64,000 bases of DNA from Acidimicrobiia bacterium (lineage in GTDB: Bacteria > Actinomycetota > Acidimicrobiia > IMCC26256 > JACDBD01), in the NCBI GenBank assembly GCA_035637335.1, contig DASPXI010000030.1:634-64633 (forward strand), given 5' to 3'. Made by a program: the position numbers and the translations under genes. This document shows positions 17,102-26,261 of this stretch, piece by piece (the stretch's first letter is position 1; each line of letters starts with the position of its first letter). The notes below the pieces were generated by a model that saw only the letters and a program-made list of their open reading frames with translations, had not been told where the DNA came from and searched no databases.

Positions 17102-18292
17102 ATGGGTGACGCCGTCATCGTGTCCGCCGCCCGCACCGCCATCGGGACGGCGCGGAAGGGCTCGCTCGCCGACGTCGACGTGTTCGAGCTCGCCAAGGCG
17201 TCGATCGGCGAGGCCCTGAAGCGCTCGAGCATTCCCGCCGAGGACGTCGACGACATCATCATGGGCGAGTCGCTCCAGGGCGGCGGTTGCGTGGCGCGCT
17301 ACGCCGCGGTCGACCTCGGGCTCACCGATATCCCCGGGCTCGCGCACAACCGGCACTGCGCGTCGGGCATGGCGCCGATCCAGACCGCCGCCGCGAGCAT
17401 TCGCGCCGGCATGGACCGCGTCGTCATCGCCGGTGGCGTCGAGAGCATCACGCAGAGTCCGGTGGTGATGAAGAAGCTGCCCGGGTCGTACTCGGGTGTG
17501 CAGCCGTGGCTGTCACCCAGCCACCCGGCGACCCCTGACGCCCCGACGATGGACATGTCGATCACCGTCGGGTGGAACACCGCGGTCACGGCCGGCGTGA
17601 GCCGCGAGGAGCAGGACGACTGGGCGTACCACTCGCACATGCGTGCGGTCGCCGCCACCGACGAAGGCCGGCTCCGCGACGAGATCTTCGCCATGGAGGT
17701 GCCCGTGCCGGGCGCGCGTGGCGAGACCCGCACCTTCGACGTCGACGAGCACCCGCGGCGTGACACCACACCCGAGAAGCTGGCGAAGCTCCCGCCACTC
17801 CACCCGGAGATCGAAGGCTTCAGCATCACCGCCGGCAACTCTTCCGGGCTGAACGACGCGGGGTGCGCGGTGGTCGTCACCGACGGCGACTACGCGCAGG
17901 AGAACGGGCTCGAGCCGATGGCCGTCGTCCGATCGTGGGCGTCGGTCGGCGTGCCGCCCCGCGACACCGGGCTTGCACCGACGCTCGCGATTCCCAAGGC
18001 GGTCGAGCGCGCCGGGATCTCGCTCTCGGACCTCGACCTCGTCGAGATCAACGAGGCGTTCGCGTCGATGGCGGTGGCCTCGAGCCGCATCCTCGGCTTC
18101 CCGCACGAGATCGTGAACGTGAACGGCAGCGGCTGCAGCCTCGGCCACCCGGTCGCGGCCACGGGCGCCCGCATGGTCACGACGATGATCTACGAGCTGC
18201 GGCGCCGCGGCGGCGGACTTGGCTGCGTGAGCATGTGCGCGGGTGGCGGCATGGGCTCCGCCACGGTGCTCGAAGTACTGCCGCCGTCGTAG
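17102..18292 (+). CDS. acetyl-CoA C-acyltransferase (thiolase)
   Basis: Active-site NRHCASGM, GSGCSLGHPVAATG and MCAGGGMG. GGAGGGG RBS. Confidence 0.9.
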   Translation: MGDAVIVSAARTAIGTARKGSLADVDVFELAKASIGEALKRSSIPAEDVDDIIMGESLQGGGCVARYAAVDLGLTDIPGLAHNRHCASGMAPIQTAAASIRAGMDRVVIAGGVESITQSPVVMKKLPGSYSGVQPWLSPSHPATPDAPTMDMSITVGWNTAVTAGVSREEQDDWAYHSHMRAVAATDEGRLRDEIFAMEVPVPGARGETRTFDVDEHPRRDTTPEKLAKLPPLHPEIEGFSITAGNSSGLNDAGCAVVVTDGDYAQENGLEPMAVVRSWASVGVPPRDTGLAPTLAIPKAVERAGISLSDLDLVEINEAFASMAVASSRILGFPHEIVNVNGSGCSLGHPVAATGARMVTTMIYELRRRGGGLGCVSMCAGGGMGSATVLEVLPPS

Positions 18293-19080
18293 GTTCTCAG
18301 CTCATCGACCCTGACCTCGCGTTCGCACTCGAGCTCGCCGACGCCGCCGACGAGATGACGGTGCCGCGGTTTCGCGCCCGCGATCTCGTCGTCGAGAGCA
18401 AACCCGATCTCACGCCGGTGACCGAGGCCGATCGTGCCGCGGAGAAGGCATTGCGGGCCCGGATCGAAGCCGAGCGTCCCGCCGACGGCGTGATCGGAGA
18501 GGAGTATGGCGATACGACGGGAAGCGGGAACCGTCGCTGGATCCTCGATCCCATCGACGGGACCAAGAGTTTCGTACGCGGCATCCCGGCGTGGGGAACC
18601 CTGATCGCGCTCGAGCGCGACGGCGGGATCGTCGTGGGTGTCGTGTCGGCGCCGGCGCTGCGCCGCCGGTGGTGGGCGGCGCGGGGCGAGGGGGCGTTCG
18701 CGGATGGCGAACGGATACACGTGTCTCGTGCCAACGCCATCGAGGACGCGCTCATGTGTTTCACGTCAGTGACCGCGTTCGATGACTACGGACTAGGAGA
18801 ACAGTTCCGTACGCTCGCCGGCCGGTGCTGGGAGACTCGGGGCTTCAGTGACTACTGGGCTCACGTGCTCGTTGCCGAAGGGAGCGCCGACATCGCCGTC
18901 GAGCCGGCGATGAATCTGTGGGACAACGCCGCGCTCCAGGTGATCGTCGAAGAGGCGGGTGGTCGTTTCACGGACCTCGAAGGCACCCCGCGCGTCGACG
19001 GCGGCGACGCCGTGACCACGAACGGACTCTTGCACGACGAAGTGCTCTTGATCATGCGAGGTAAGGGCCGAGGCCGATGA
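18235..19080 (+). CDS. hisN: histidinol-phosphatase, inositol monophosphatase family
   Basis: Near-colinear with my memory of mycobacterial HisN: KPDLTPVTEADRAAE, WILDPIDGTKSFVRGIPAWGTLIAL, SAPALRRRWWAARGEGAF and TTNGLLHDEVL. The start is uncertain because no canonical start sits next to the conserved N-terminus. GTG 18235 would overlap the thiolase by 58 nt. Confidence 0.8.
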   Translation: MRGWRHGLRHGARSTAAVVGSQLIDPDLAFALELADAADEMTVPRFRARDLVVESKPDLTPVTEADRAAEKALRARIEAERPADGVIGEEYGDTTGSGNRRWILDPIDGTKSFVRGIPAWGTLIALERDGGIVVGVVSAPALRRRWWAARGEGAFADGERIHVSRANAIEDALMCFTSVTAFDDYGLGEQFRTLAGRCWETRGFSDYWAHVLVAEGSADIAVEPAMNLWDNAALQVIVEEAGGRFTDLEGTPRVDGGDAVTTNGLLHDEVLLIMRGKGRGR

Positions 19081-20411
19081 CCGAGGTGACCGTGGGCATT
19101 GACATCGGCACGTCATCGGTGAAGGCCGTCGCCGCCGACGGCGACGGCAACGTCGTCGCGTCGGCGCGCGTCCCGCATCGCTTCCGCGTGCCGACACCGC
19201 TGCGTTTCGAGCACGACGCCGACGAAGCGTGGCGGCACGGCCCGCAAGCGGCGCTCGACGCGCTCGGCGACACGGTCCCCGCGGGCGTGTGCGTGGCTGC
19301 GATGGTCCCCTCGCTGACTGCCGTCAACGCGGCGGGCGTGCCGATCTCGCCGGGTCTGCTCTACGGCGACGAACGCGGTCACCACGGCGCGCGCGCCGGC
19401 CATCCGGCCGAGAGCGGCGAGCTACTCGCATTCCTGCGTTGGACGGTAGGGGAGGCGCCCGACGCCGCCGGCTACTGGCCCGCGCAGGCGGTCGCGAACC
19501 ACGCTCTCGCCGGCGAGCCCGTGCTCGACACCACCACCGCTGCGACCGCGTACCCGCTGTTCGACTGGACAGGCTGGGATCCGAAGCTCGCCGCCGATGT
19601 CGGTGTAACGCCCGAGCAGCTGCCCAAGCTCGCACCGACGGGGCAGGCGTGCGGGCGCGTCGGCGGTGCGGATGGTCCGGCGTTGGCGTCGGGATGTATC
19701 GACGCGTTCGCAGAGCAGCTCGTGGCCGGGGCCGACGATGACGGCGACGTGCTGATCATCTTGGGCACGACGCTGATCGTGTGGGCGGTCACGTCACGCG
19801 ACGAGCCCGTACCGGACCATTACCTGATCCCGCATACGGCGCCGGGCAAGATGCTCGTCGGCGGGCCGAGTAACGCGGGCGGGCTGTTCCTGAACTGGGT
19901 GACGGGTCTGGTCGCGGAAGGGGAGCCGCCCACAGACCCCGGTCGCGTTCCCGTGTGGGCGCCGTTCCCGCGCGGCGAACGCGTGCCACTCAACGACCCC
20001 GAGCGCCGCGCCGTCCTCGCCGGCCTCGACCTCACGAACACATCTGGGGCGGTGCGACGCGCCGCGTTCGAGGCGTCGGGGTTCGTCGCTCGCCGCATGC
20101 TCGAGGCGACCAAAGTGGAAGCGCGCCGCATCGTCGCGACCGGCGGTGGAACTCGTGTGGACGATTGGGTGCAGGCGCTCGCTGACGCGACGGCTATGCC
20201 TGTCGACTGCGTCGCCGTCCCCGAAGGAGGCGCCCTCGGATCGGCCTGGCTGGCGCGGATCGCGGCCGGGCTCGAGGAGTCCACGGCGATGCCCGAGGGT
20301 CGGCGCTGGGCCCGCACCGGCCGCCGAGTCGAGCCCGACGCGCGCTGGGCGCCGGTGGTGGCGGAACGCTACGAGCAGTTCCTCGGCCTCACCGGGTTGG
20401 GCCGGCCCTGA
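19077..20411 (+). CDS. FGGY-family carbohydrate kinase (xylulokinase-like)
   Basis: VGIDIGTSSVKAV N-terminal motif, 444 aa. ATGA overlap with hisN. Confidence 0.75.
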   Translation: MTEVTVGIDIGTSSVKAVAADGDGNVVASARVPHRFRVPTPLRFEHDADEAWRHGPQAALDALGDTVPAGVCVAAMVPSLTAVNAAGVPISPGLLYGDERGHHGARAGHPAESGELLAFLRWTVGEAPDAAGYWPAQAVANHALAGEPVLDTTTAATAYPLFDWTGWDPKLAADVGVTPEQLPKLAPTGQACGRVGGADGPALASGCIDAFAEQLVAGADDDGDVLIILGTTLIVWAVTSRDEPVPDHYLIPHTAPGKMLVGGPSNAGGLFLNWVTGLVAEGEPPTDPGRVPVWAPFPRGERVPLNDPERRAVLAGLDLTNTSGAVRRAAFEASGFVARRMLEATKVEARRIVATGGGTRVDDWVQALADATAMPVDCVAVPEGGALGSAWLARIAAGLEESTAMPEGRRWARTGRRVEPDARWAPVVAERYEQFLGLTGLGRP

Positions 20412-21803
20412 TCACGGGTGGGGGTCGATCGGGGTCAATGTGCCGAGGGCGCGCTCGACCTCCCAGGCCGCGGTGAGGCAGACGTCTTCGCGGTAGCGAG
20501 GGCCGATGAGCTGGACGGCGATCGGGAGCCGGTTGTCGATGCCGGCCGGCACCGCCACCGCGGGCAGGCCGACGCAGTTGCACAAGAGCGTGAGGTCCAA
20601 CGACCGGCGAATGCGGTCGACCGCTTCGGGTCCGTCGAGGTCGGTTCCCACCAAGAACGGCAGGTCGGTGGCGACCGGTCCCAACACGAGCGGGTGGTCG
20701 CTCTGGAACTGCGACCAGGTACGGGCGATTCCCTGCCTGGCTACGAAGGCGGCGGCGTAGGCGGCTTGGTCGAGCGGTGGTGACAGTGTGAGCGCGTCCT
20801 CGAGGAAGCGCCGGGCGTCGGCTCCGATGATGGTCTCGAACAGGGGCCACAACGTCCGGATCTCGGCGAGGACAAGCTTCAGCCAGACCTCGGAGGCGTC
20901 GGTGACCGCCGGGAGCGTGGCGTCCTCCACCGCGTAACCGGCGTCCGCGAGCGCGTCGGCGACACGTCGCACGCCGGCGGCGACGGCCGGGTCGCAAGAT
21001 TGCGTCGAGGTCGCGACGCGGATCGGGTTGGGGACCGCCCGACCGGCGACGGGAACCGGGGCGTACCACGGGTCGCGGTCGCTGGGACGGCTCATGATCT
21101 CGAGCGCGACGCGCAGGTCGAGCGCGCCGCGCGCCATCGGGCCGTGGACCGTCATCAGCTGCATCGTGATTGGCGCGTCGGCGGGCTCGAGCGACGTCGC
21201 GGCGGGAATGCGGCCGAGCGTGGGACGCACCGCCGTCGTGCCGCAGCACGCCGACGGCCAACGCACTGATCCGCCGAGGTCGGAACCGACACCCAGCGGC
21301 GTCATCCCAGTAGCAAGCGCGGCTGCCTCGCCGCCGCTCGAGCCGCCGGGCGTGCGTGCCGGATCCCAAGGGTTGCGAGTCGGCCCTCGCAGCTCGTTGT
21401 CGGTGTGCCAGCGGAGCCCGATGTCCGGCAAGTTCGTACGCGCGAACGGAATCGCGCCGGCGGCGCGCAGGTGCGCGATCGCGGGCGCGTCGAGCGGCGG
21501 AACCATGCCCGCGAGCGCAGTGACGCCCTGGGTCGTCGGCGATCCGGCGAGGTCGATGTTCTCCTTGACCGTGAACGGCACTCCGTGGAGCGGACCGATC
21601 ACTTCACCGCGTGCGGTCGCGGCGTCGGCGGCGTCGGCGGCTGCCCGCGCCTCGTCGCCGAGTGTCACGGTTACCGCGTTGATCGCGGGATTGACGGCTT
21701 CGATGCGCGCAAGATGCGCCTCGACGACCTCGCGACTCGAGACCGTGCCATTGCGGATGGATGCGCCCAGCTCGAGCGCGCCCAGCTCCCAGAGGTCGCT
21801 CAT
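20412..21803 (-). CDS. amidase (amidase-signature family)
   Basis: GGSSGGEAAALATGMTPLGVGSDLGGSVRWPSACCG signature. Confidence 0.9.
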   Translation of the reverse strand: MSDLWELGALELGASIRNGTVSSREVVEAHLARIEAVNPAINAVTVTLGDEARAAADAADAATARGEVIGPLHGVPFTVKENIDLAGSPTTQGVTALAGMVPPLDAPAIAHLRAAGAIPFARTNLPDIGLRWHTDNELRGPTRNPWDPARTPGGSSGGEAAALATGMTPLGVGSDLGGSVRWPSACCGTTAVRPTLGRIPAATSLEPADAPITMQLMTVHGPMARGALDLRVALEIMSRPSDRDPWYAPVPVAGRAVPNPIRVATSTQSCDPAVAAGVRRVADALADAGYAVEDATLPAVTDASEVWLKLVLAEIRTLWPLFETIIGADARRFLEDALTLSPPLDQAAYAAAFVARQGIARTWSQFQSDHPLVLGPVATDLPFLVGTDLDGPEAVDRIRRSLDLTLLCNCVGLPAVAVPAGIDNRLPIAVQLIGPRYREDVCLTAAWEVERALGTLTPIDPHP

Positions 21804-21819
21804 CGCCCCAGGATGGGCG

Positions 21820-23061
21820 TCAGCGGCGGAGTCCAGCCGCGTGCGGGCTGCCGGGCGGCGGCAGCGGGTGGCGGAAGAGCGTCGCTGCGTTCTCGTGGCT
21901 GATCATCGCGATCTCTTCAGGCGGCAGGCCGCCGTAGAACTTCTCGAACACGGCCTGCGAGTCGGGCCACGTGCCGTCCCCGTGTGGGTAGTCGGTCTCG
22001 AACATGATGTGGTCGACCCCGACCGTGCCCCGGGTGCAGATCGTCGACGGGTCGTCGATCGTGCAGAACCAGAAGTTGCGGTGCAGCACTTCGGCCGGAC
22101 GCATGTCGCCGGGGAAGTAGTCGCCGTATCCCGATCGGTCGATGATGTTCTCGAGCCGGTCGTGCAGCATCGCGACCCATCCGATGCCGCCCTCCGACAT
22201 CGCGATCGAAAGGCTCGGGTGCTTCACCGCGTAGCCTGACCACAGCCATTCAGCGCACGCGGCCAGCGACAGCTGGCCGAAGAGCGTTGCCCCCAGCGGC
22301 ACCATCGGCGAGCCCGGCGGCATGTCGGCCACGCCGGTGGAGCCGACGTGCAGACAGATGACGGTGCCGGTCTCGGCGCAGGCGGCGATGATCGGGTCCC
22401 ACCAGCCCGAGAAGAGGTTGGGCATGTCGACGCGGTGCGGTTGCTCGGGCAGCGTCACGGCCACGAACCCGCGATCGGCGTTGCGGCGGATCTCATCGGC
22501 ACCCTGCTCGGGGTCGCCGAGATACGTGATGCCCATCGGCACGATCCGTTCGGGGTACGGGCCGTACCACTGCTCCGCGAACCAGTCGTTCCACGCCCGT
22601 GTGACCGCGAGGCCCAGCTCCGGGTCAGAGCACTGCGAGAACACGCGACCACAGAATCCGGTGATCTGCGACGGGAAGTTCACCGACGCCCACACGCCGT
22701 TGATGTCCATGTCCTTGACGCGGGCATCGATCTCGTAACAGCCGGCGCGCATCTCCTCGAAGCGGGTGGGCTCGACCTTCCAGTCCTCTCGTTTGCGACC
22801 GACGACCGCGTTGAGGCCGACCTGGAAGTACAGCTGCCCGTCGAACTCCCACACCTCGTGACCCTCGGCGGTCTCCACGATCTTCGGCGCGAGATCTTGG
22901 AAGTGACGTGGCAAGCGACCCTCGAACATGCCCGGCGGCTCGACGAGGTGGTCGTCGACCGAGATGATCGTGTACTTGATCTCGCGCGGCTCGGGATCGG
23001 GCAGGAGGCCGTGCGTCTCGCTCTTCTTCCAGTGGAGCTTCGGCTTCTCCGTCGCAGTCAC
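21820..23061 (-). CDS. amidohydrolase_2 family protein
   Basis: ISVDDHLVEP...FETDYPHGDGTWP motifs. GTG 23061 (VTATEKPK). The track ORF is over-extended to 23268. Confidence 0.8.
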   Translation of the reverse strand: MTATEKPKLHWKKSETHGLLPDPEPREIKYTIISVDDHLVEPPGMFEGRLPRHFQDLAPKIVETAEGHEVWEFDGQLYFQVGLNAVVGRKREDWKVEPTRFEEMRAGCYEIDARVKDMDINGVWASVNFPSQITGFCGRVFSQCSDPELGLAVTRAWNDWFAEQWYGPYPERIVPMGITYLGDPEQGADEIRRNADRGFVAVTLPEQPHRVDMPNLFSGWWDPIIAACAETGTVICLHVGSTGVADMPPGSPMVPLGATLFGQLSLAACAEWLWSGYAVKHPSLSIAMSEGGIGWVAMLHDRLENIIDRSGYGDYFPGDMRPAEVLHRNFWFCTIDDPSTICTRGTVGVDHIMFETDYPHGDGTWPDSQAVFEKFYGGLPPEEIAMISHENAATLFRHPLPPPGSPHAAGLRR

Positions 23062-23080
23062 GCCCGTTACCCTACGAGCC

Positions 23081-23290
23081 GTGGCGCTGGAGATCGAGAT
23101 CAACCGCGAGCAGTGCATGGGCTCGGGCAACTGCTCGTTCTGGGCGCCGGGCGTTTTCGACCTCGACGACGAGGGCATCTCCGTCGTGCTCGACCCGACC
23201 GCGCAGCCAGAAGACAAGATCATCCTCGCCGCCCAGGGCTGCCCGACGCAGGCGATCTCGGTCGTCAAGGACGGCGAGAAGATCGCCTAG
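23081..23290 (+). CDS. small ferredoxin (single-cluster, P450-partner type)
   Basis: 69 aa with CMGSGNCSFWAPGVFDLDDEG...CPTQAI. GTG 23081 is only 19 nt from the divergent amidohydrolase start. Confidence 0.75.
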   Translation: MALEIEINREQCMGSGNCSFWAPGVFDLDDEGISVVLDPTAQPEDKIILAAQGCPTQAISVVKDGEKIA

Positions 23291-24028
23291 CTAGTTCGGT
23301 AGCGGGAGCGCGGTTCCCTGCGGTGCGGTCCGTTCCGTGTTGGTGATCTGCAACGCGCGGCCCTGGTCGTCGAGCGCCGACGTCGTTTTGGCGCACCCGC
23401 CGTCAGCATGCGCCTGGTAGTTCACGACGAGCGCGGTCGGTGTGATCCGCTCGCCACGCTCGGTCACGACCTCGAAGTCCGACCATCGCACGGTCACGGA
23501 CGGGTCGTCGCACCGCGCGAACACCTCCGACCAGACCGTCGGCTCGGCGAGATACGGAGAGGCGGCGATCAGGTCGCGCACGGTCGTTGCTTCCCCGGCT
23601 GCGACGTCGGCCACCTCGCCCCGCCACACGCCGTCATAGACGCTATGCACGCGCAGCCGACAGGCGCGTTCCGGTTGCCAGGGGTAGTCGCGAGTATTCG
23701 GATCGCCCGGCGTGCTCCGCAGTGGTGACTCCGTCCCAGGCAGCAGTGAGCCATCTACCGCGTAACCGCCCCAGTTGGCGGCGCCGTAGCCGGGGAAGGC
23801 GCGGTTCCATTGGAGCCCGAGGTGTGCGCCGCCGGCGCCGGGGAACCCCACCTGGAGGGCCCAGAAGTAGAGGTGCTCGACGACCGGCGCGTGCGTCACC
23901 TCGAGCGTGACCGCGGCCTCGACGAGGTGACCGGCATCTACCGGTAGTCGCCAACCGAGATGAAACGATGACGCGCCGTTTCCCGACGGCGGAACGCCAC
24001 GCGTACGCGCCCGTCGCCGAATCGACAC
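23291..24028 (-). CDS. hypothetical protein (possible beta-sandwich; YFWALQVGF..GGAHLGLQW region)
   Basis: 245-aa ORF with protein-like composition. No family confidently recognised. The start is uncertain. Confidence 0.5.
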   Translation of the reverse strand: MSIRRRARTRGVPPSGNGASSFHLGWRLPVDAGHLVEAAVTLEVTHAPVVEHLYFWALQVGFPGAGGAHLGLQWNRAFPGYGAANWGGYAVDGSLLPGTESPLRSTPGDPNTRDYPWQPERACRLRVHSVYDGVWRGEVADVAAGEATTVRDLIAASPYLAEPTVWSEVFARCDDPSVTVRWSDFEVVTERGERITPTALVVNYQAHADGGCAKTTSALDDQGRALQITNTERTAPQGTALPLPN

Positions 24029-24052
24029 GGCTGCGAGCCTATGCAGGGAAAC

Positions 24053-24068
24053 CTGACGCTCGTGTCAC
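24053..24068. promoter_or_regulatory. palindromic operator candidate CTGAC-N6-GTCAC
   Basis: aaCCTGACgctcgtGTCACta lies 20 nt upstream of the fused ACAD ATG. The core and spacer are identical to the 60649 site. Confidence 0.6.
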
Positions 24069-24087
24069 TACGCGTAGGATCCACGGC

Positions 24088-26253
24088 ATGCCGATCGGAA
24101 TCACGGAGGAGCACGAAGCGCTGCGGCAAGCGGCGCGCGGGTGGGCGGAACGCCACTGCGCGCCGGCCGTCCCGCGCGCGCTGCTGGACGCCCAGGCCGA
24201 GAAGCTGCCGCCGTTCTGGGGAGAACTGACGGCGCAGGGCTGGCTGGGGCTGCACCTCGACGAGGCCCTCGGAGGAGAGGGGTACGGGCTTCCCGAGCTC
24301 GCGGTCGTCCTCGAGGAGCTGGGACGGGTGTGCGCGCCGGGCCCGTTCGTCCCCACCGTGCTCGCCGCCGCCGTCATCCAGGCGGCGGGCAAGGAGATCG
24401 CGTCGGGCATCGTGCCCGCATTGGCGTCCGGCGAGGCCGCCGGCGCGGTGGCCCTGAACGGCGCGCTCGACGCCGAAACAGACGGCGATGCACTGCAGGT
24501 GCGCGGCACGCTGCGACCAGTGCTCTCGGCGCACCTGGCCGGGGTGCTCGTTGCCCGGGCGGGTGATGGATGGTGCGTGCTCCACGCCGACGAGTTCACG
24601 GCTACGGAGCTGTCGAGCCTCGACGCCACACGCCGCGTCGCCGAAGTGCACGTCGACGGCGCGGTCGTCCCGCTGGCGCGCCGGCTCGGAGATGTCGATA
24701 CATCACGCGTACGCGACCTGGCTGCCGTGGTGTTCGCGGCCGAGTGTGTTGGTGTCGCCCAATGGTGTGTCGACACCGCGGCCGCGTACGCGAAGGTGCG
24801 CGAGCAGTTCGGCCGTCCCATCGGCCAGTTCCAGGGCGTGAAGCACAAGTGCGCCGACATGCTCGCCGAGACCGAGCTTGCCCGCGCCGCGGCATGGGAC
24901 GCGGCTCGTGCGGCCGACGAGCCCGCGGTGGCGCCGCTCACCGCCGCTGCGGCCGCGAGCCTCGCGATCGATGCCTCGTACCGCGCCGCCAAGGATTGCA
25001 TCCAGGTGCACGGCGGCATCGGCTTCACGTGGGAGCACGACGCGCACTTGTACCTGAAGCGCGCGACCACGACTCATCAGCTCCTCGGCCCGACCTCGAC
25101 TTGGCGTATGCGAGCCGCCGAAGCAGCGCGGGGCGGCGCGCGCCGGCGTCTCGCCGTCGACCTGCCGCCCGAATCGGAGGCGTTGCGCGGGGAGGTCGGA
25201 GCGTTCGTTCGGGAGGTGAAAGACCTCGACGCCGTAGAGCAACGACGCCGGATCGCCGACGCCGGATATCTCGCTCCGCAGTGGCCGAAGCCTTGGGGGC
25301 ACGACGCCGGCGCCTTGGAACAGCTCGTCATCGACGACGAGTTCCGCAAGGCGAAGCTGCGTCGCCCGAACCTCAGCGTCGGGGCGTGGGCGTTGCCGCC
25401 GTTGATGGTCTACGGGACGGAGGAGCAGCAACAGCGGTGGATCCCGGCGACGCTCCGGAGCGAGATCACCTGGTGCCAGCTGTTCAGCGAGCCGGGCGCC
25501 GGATCCGATCTCGCGGCGCTCACGACGCGCGCCGACCGCGACCAAGGCGGCTGGATCGTCAACGGCCAGAAGGTCTGGACCTCGATGGCGCAGGACGCAG
25601 ACTGGGGGATCCTGCTCGCCCGCAGCGATCCCGACGCGCCGAAGCACGAGGGCATCAGCTTCTTCATGCTCGACATGAAGACGCCCGGCATCGACATTCG
25701 CCCGCTCCGAGAGCTCACCGGCGAGGCATGGTTCAACGAGGTCTTCTTCAACGACGTGTTCATTCCCGACGACTGCCTCGTCGGCGCCGAGCACGACGGG
25801 TGGCGGGCAGCCCGTACGACGCTCGCCAACGAGCGCGTGTACATGGGAAGCGGGTCGTCGATCGGCTACGGGGTCCAGGGCGTGCTCCGCCTCCTCGACG
25901 CGACCGGCCTCGCATCCGATCCGGTCGCGCTCGACGAGGCCGGCGGTCTGGTGGCCGAAGAGCACGCGCTGAGCGTCGTCGGATTCCGACTTACGTTGCA
26001 GGCGCTCGGCGGCGCCGACCCCAGCGGATCGGAGGCGGCGGTGCGCAAGCTGCTCGGCGTCGAGCACGACCAGCGTGTGCAAGAGGTCGGTCTCGCGTTG
26101 CTCGGCGGCGAGGGCACGGTTGCGGACGGGGAGGCCGCGATGTGGGTGCGCGGGTTCCTGTTCAACCGCTGCCTCACGATCGCCGGTGGCACGAGCGAAG
26201 TGCAGCGCAACGTGATCGCCGAGCGCCTGCTCGGCCTGCCGCGCGATCCGTAG
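24088..26253 (+). CDS. fused two-module acyl-CoA dehydrogenase (small-subunit-like N-half + catalytic large-subunit-like C-half)
   Basis: The N-half ends ...VHGGIGFTWEHDAHLYLKRA. The C-half carries FSEPGAGSDLAAL and TIAGGTSEVQRNVIAERLLGLP. ATG 24088 (MPIGITEEHEAL). Confidence 0.85.
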   Translation: MPIGITEEHEALRQAARGWAERHCAPAVPRALLDAQAEKLPPFWGELTAQGWLGLHLDEALGGEGYGLPELAVVLEELGRVCAPGPFVPTVLAAAVIQAAGKEIASGIVPALASGEAAGAVALNGALDAETDGDALQVRGTLRPVLSAHLAGVLVARAGDGWCVLHADEFTATELSSLDATRRVAEVHVDGAVVPLARRLGDVDTSRVRDLAAVVFAAECVGVAQWCVDTAAAYAKVREQFGRPIGQFQGVKHKCADMLAETELARAAAWDAARAADEPAVAPLTAAAAASLAIDASYRAAKDCIQVHGGIGFTWEHDAHLYLKRATTTHQLLGPTSTWRMRAAEAARGGARRRLAVDLPPESEALRGEVGAFVREVKDLDAVEQRRRIADAGYLAPQWPKPWGHDAGALEQLVIDDEFRKAKLRRPNLSVGAWALPPLMVYGTEEQQQRWIPATLRSEITWCQLFSEPGAGSDLAALTTRADRDQGGWIVNGQKVWTSMAQDADWGILLARSDPDAPKHEGISFFMLDMKTPGIDIRPLRELTGEAWFNEVFFNDVFIPDDCLVGAEHDGWRAARTTLANERVYMGSGSSIGYGVQGVLRLLDATGLASDPVALDEAGGLVAEEHALSVVGFRLTLQALGGADPSGSEAAVRKLLGVEHDQRVQEVGLALLGGEGTVADGEAAMWVRGFLFNRCLTIAGGTSEVQRNVIAERLLGLPRDP

Positions 26254-26261
26254 ACGGCTCC

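Noticed and set aside
22928-23290. The full 120-aa ORF as the ferredoxin gene
   Set aside because: The first 51 codons are antisense to the amidohydrolase N-terminus and lack ferredoxin features. The Cys motif and family length fit a start at GTG 23081.
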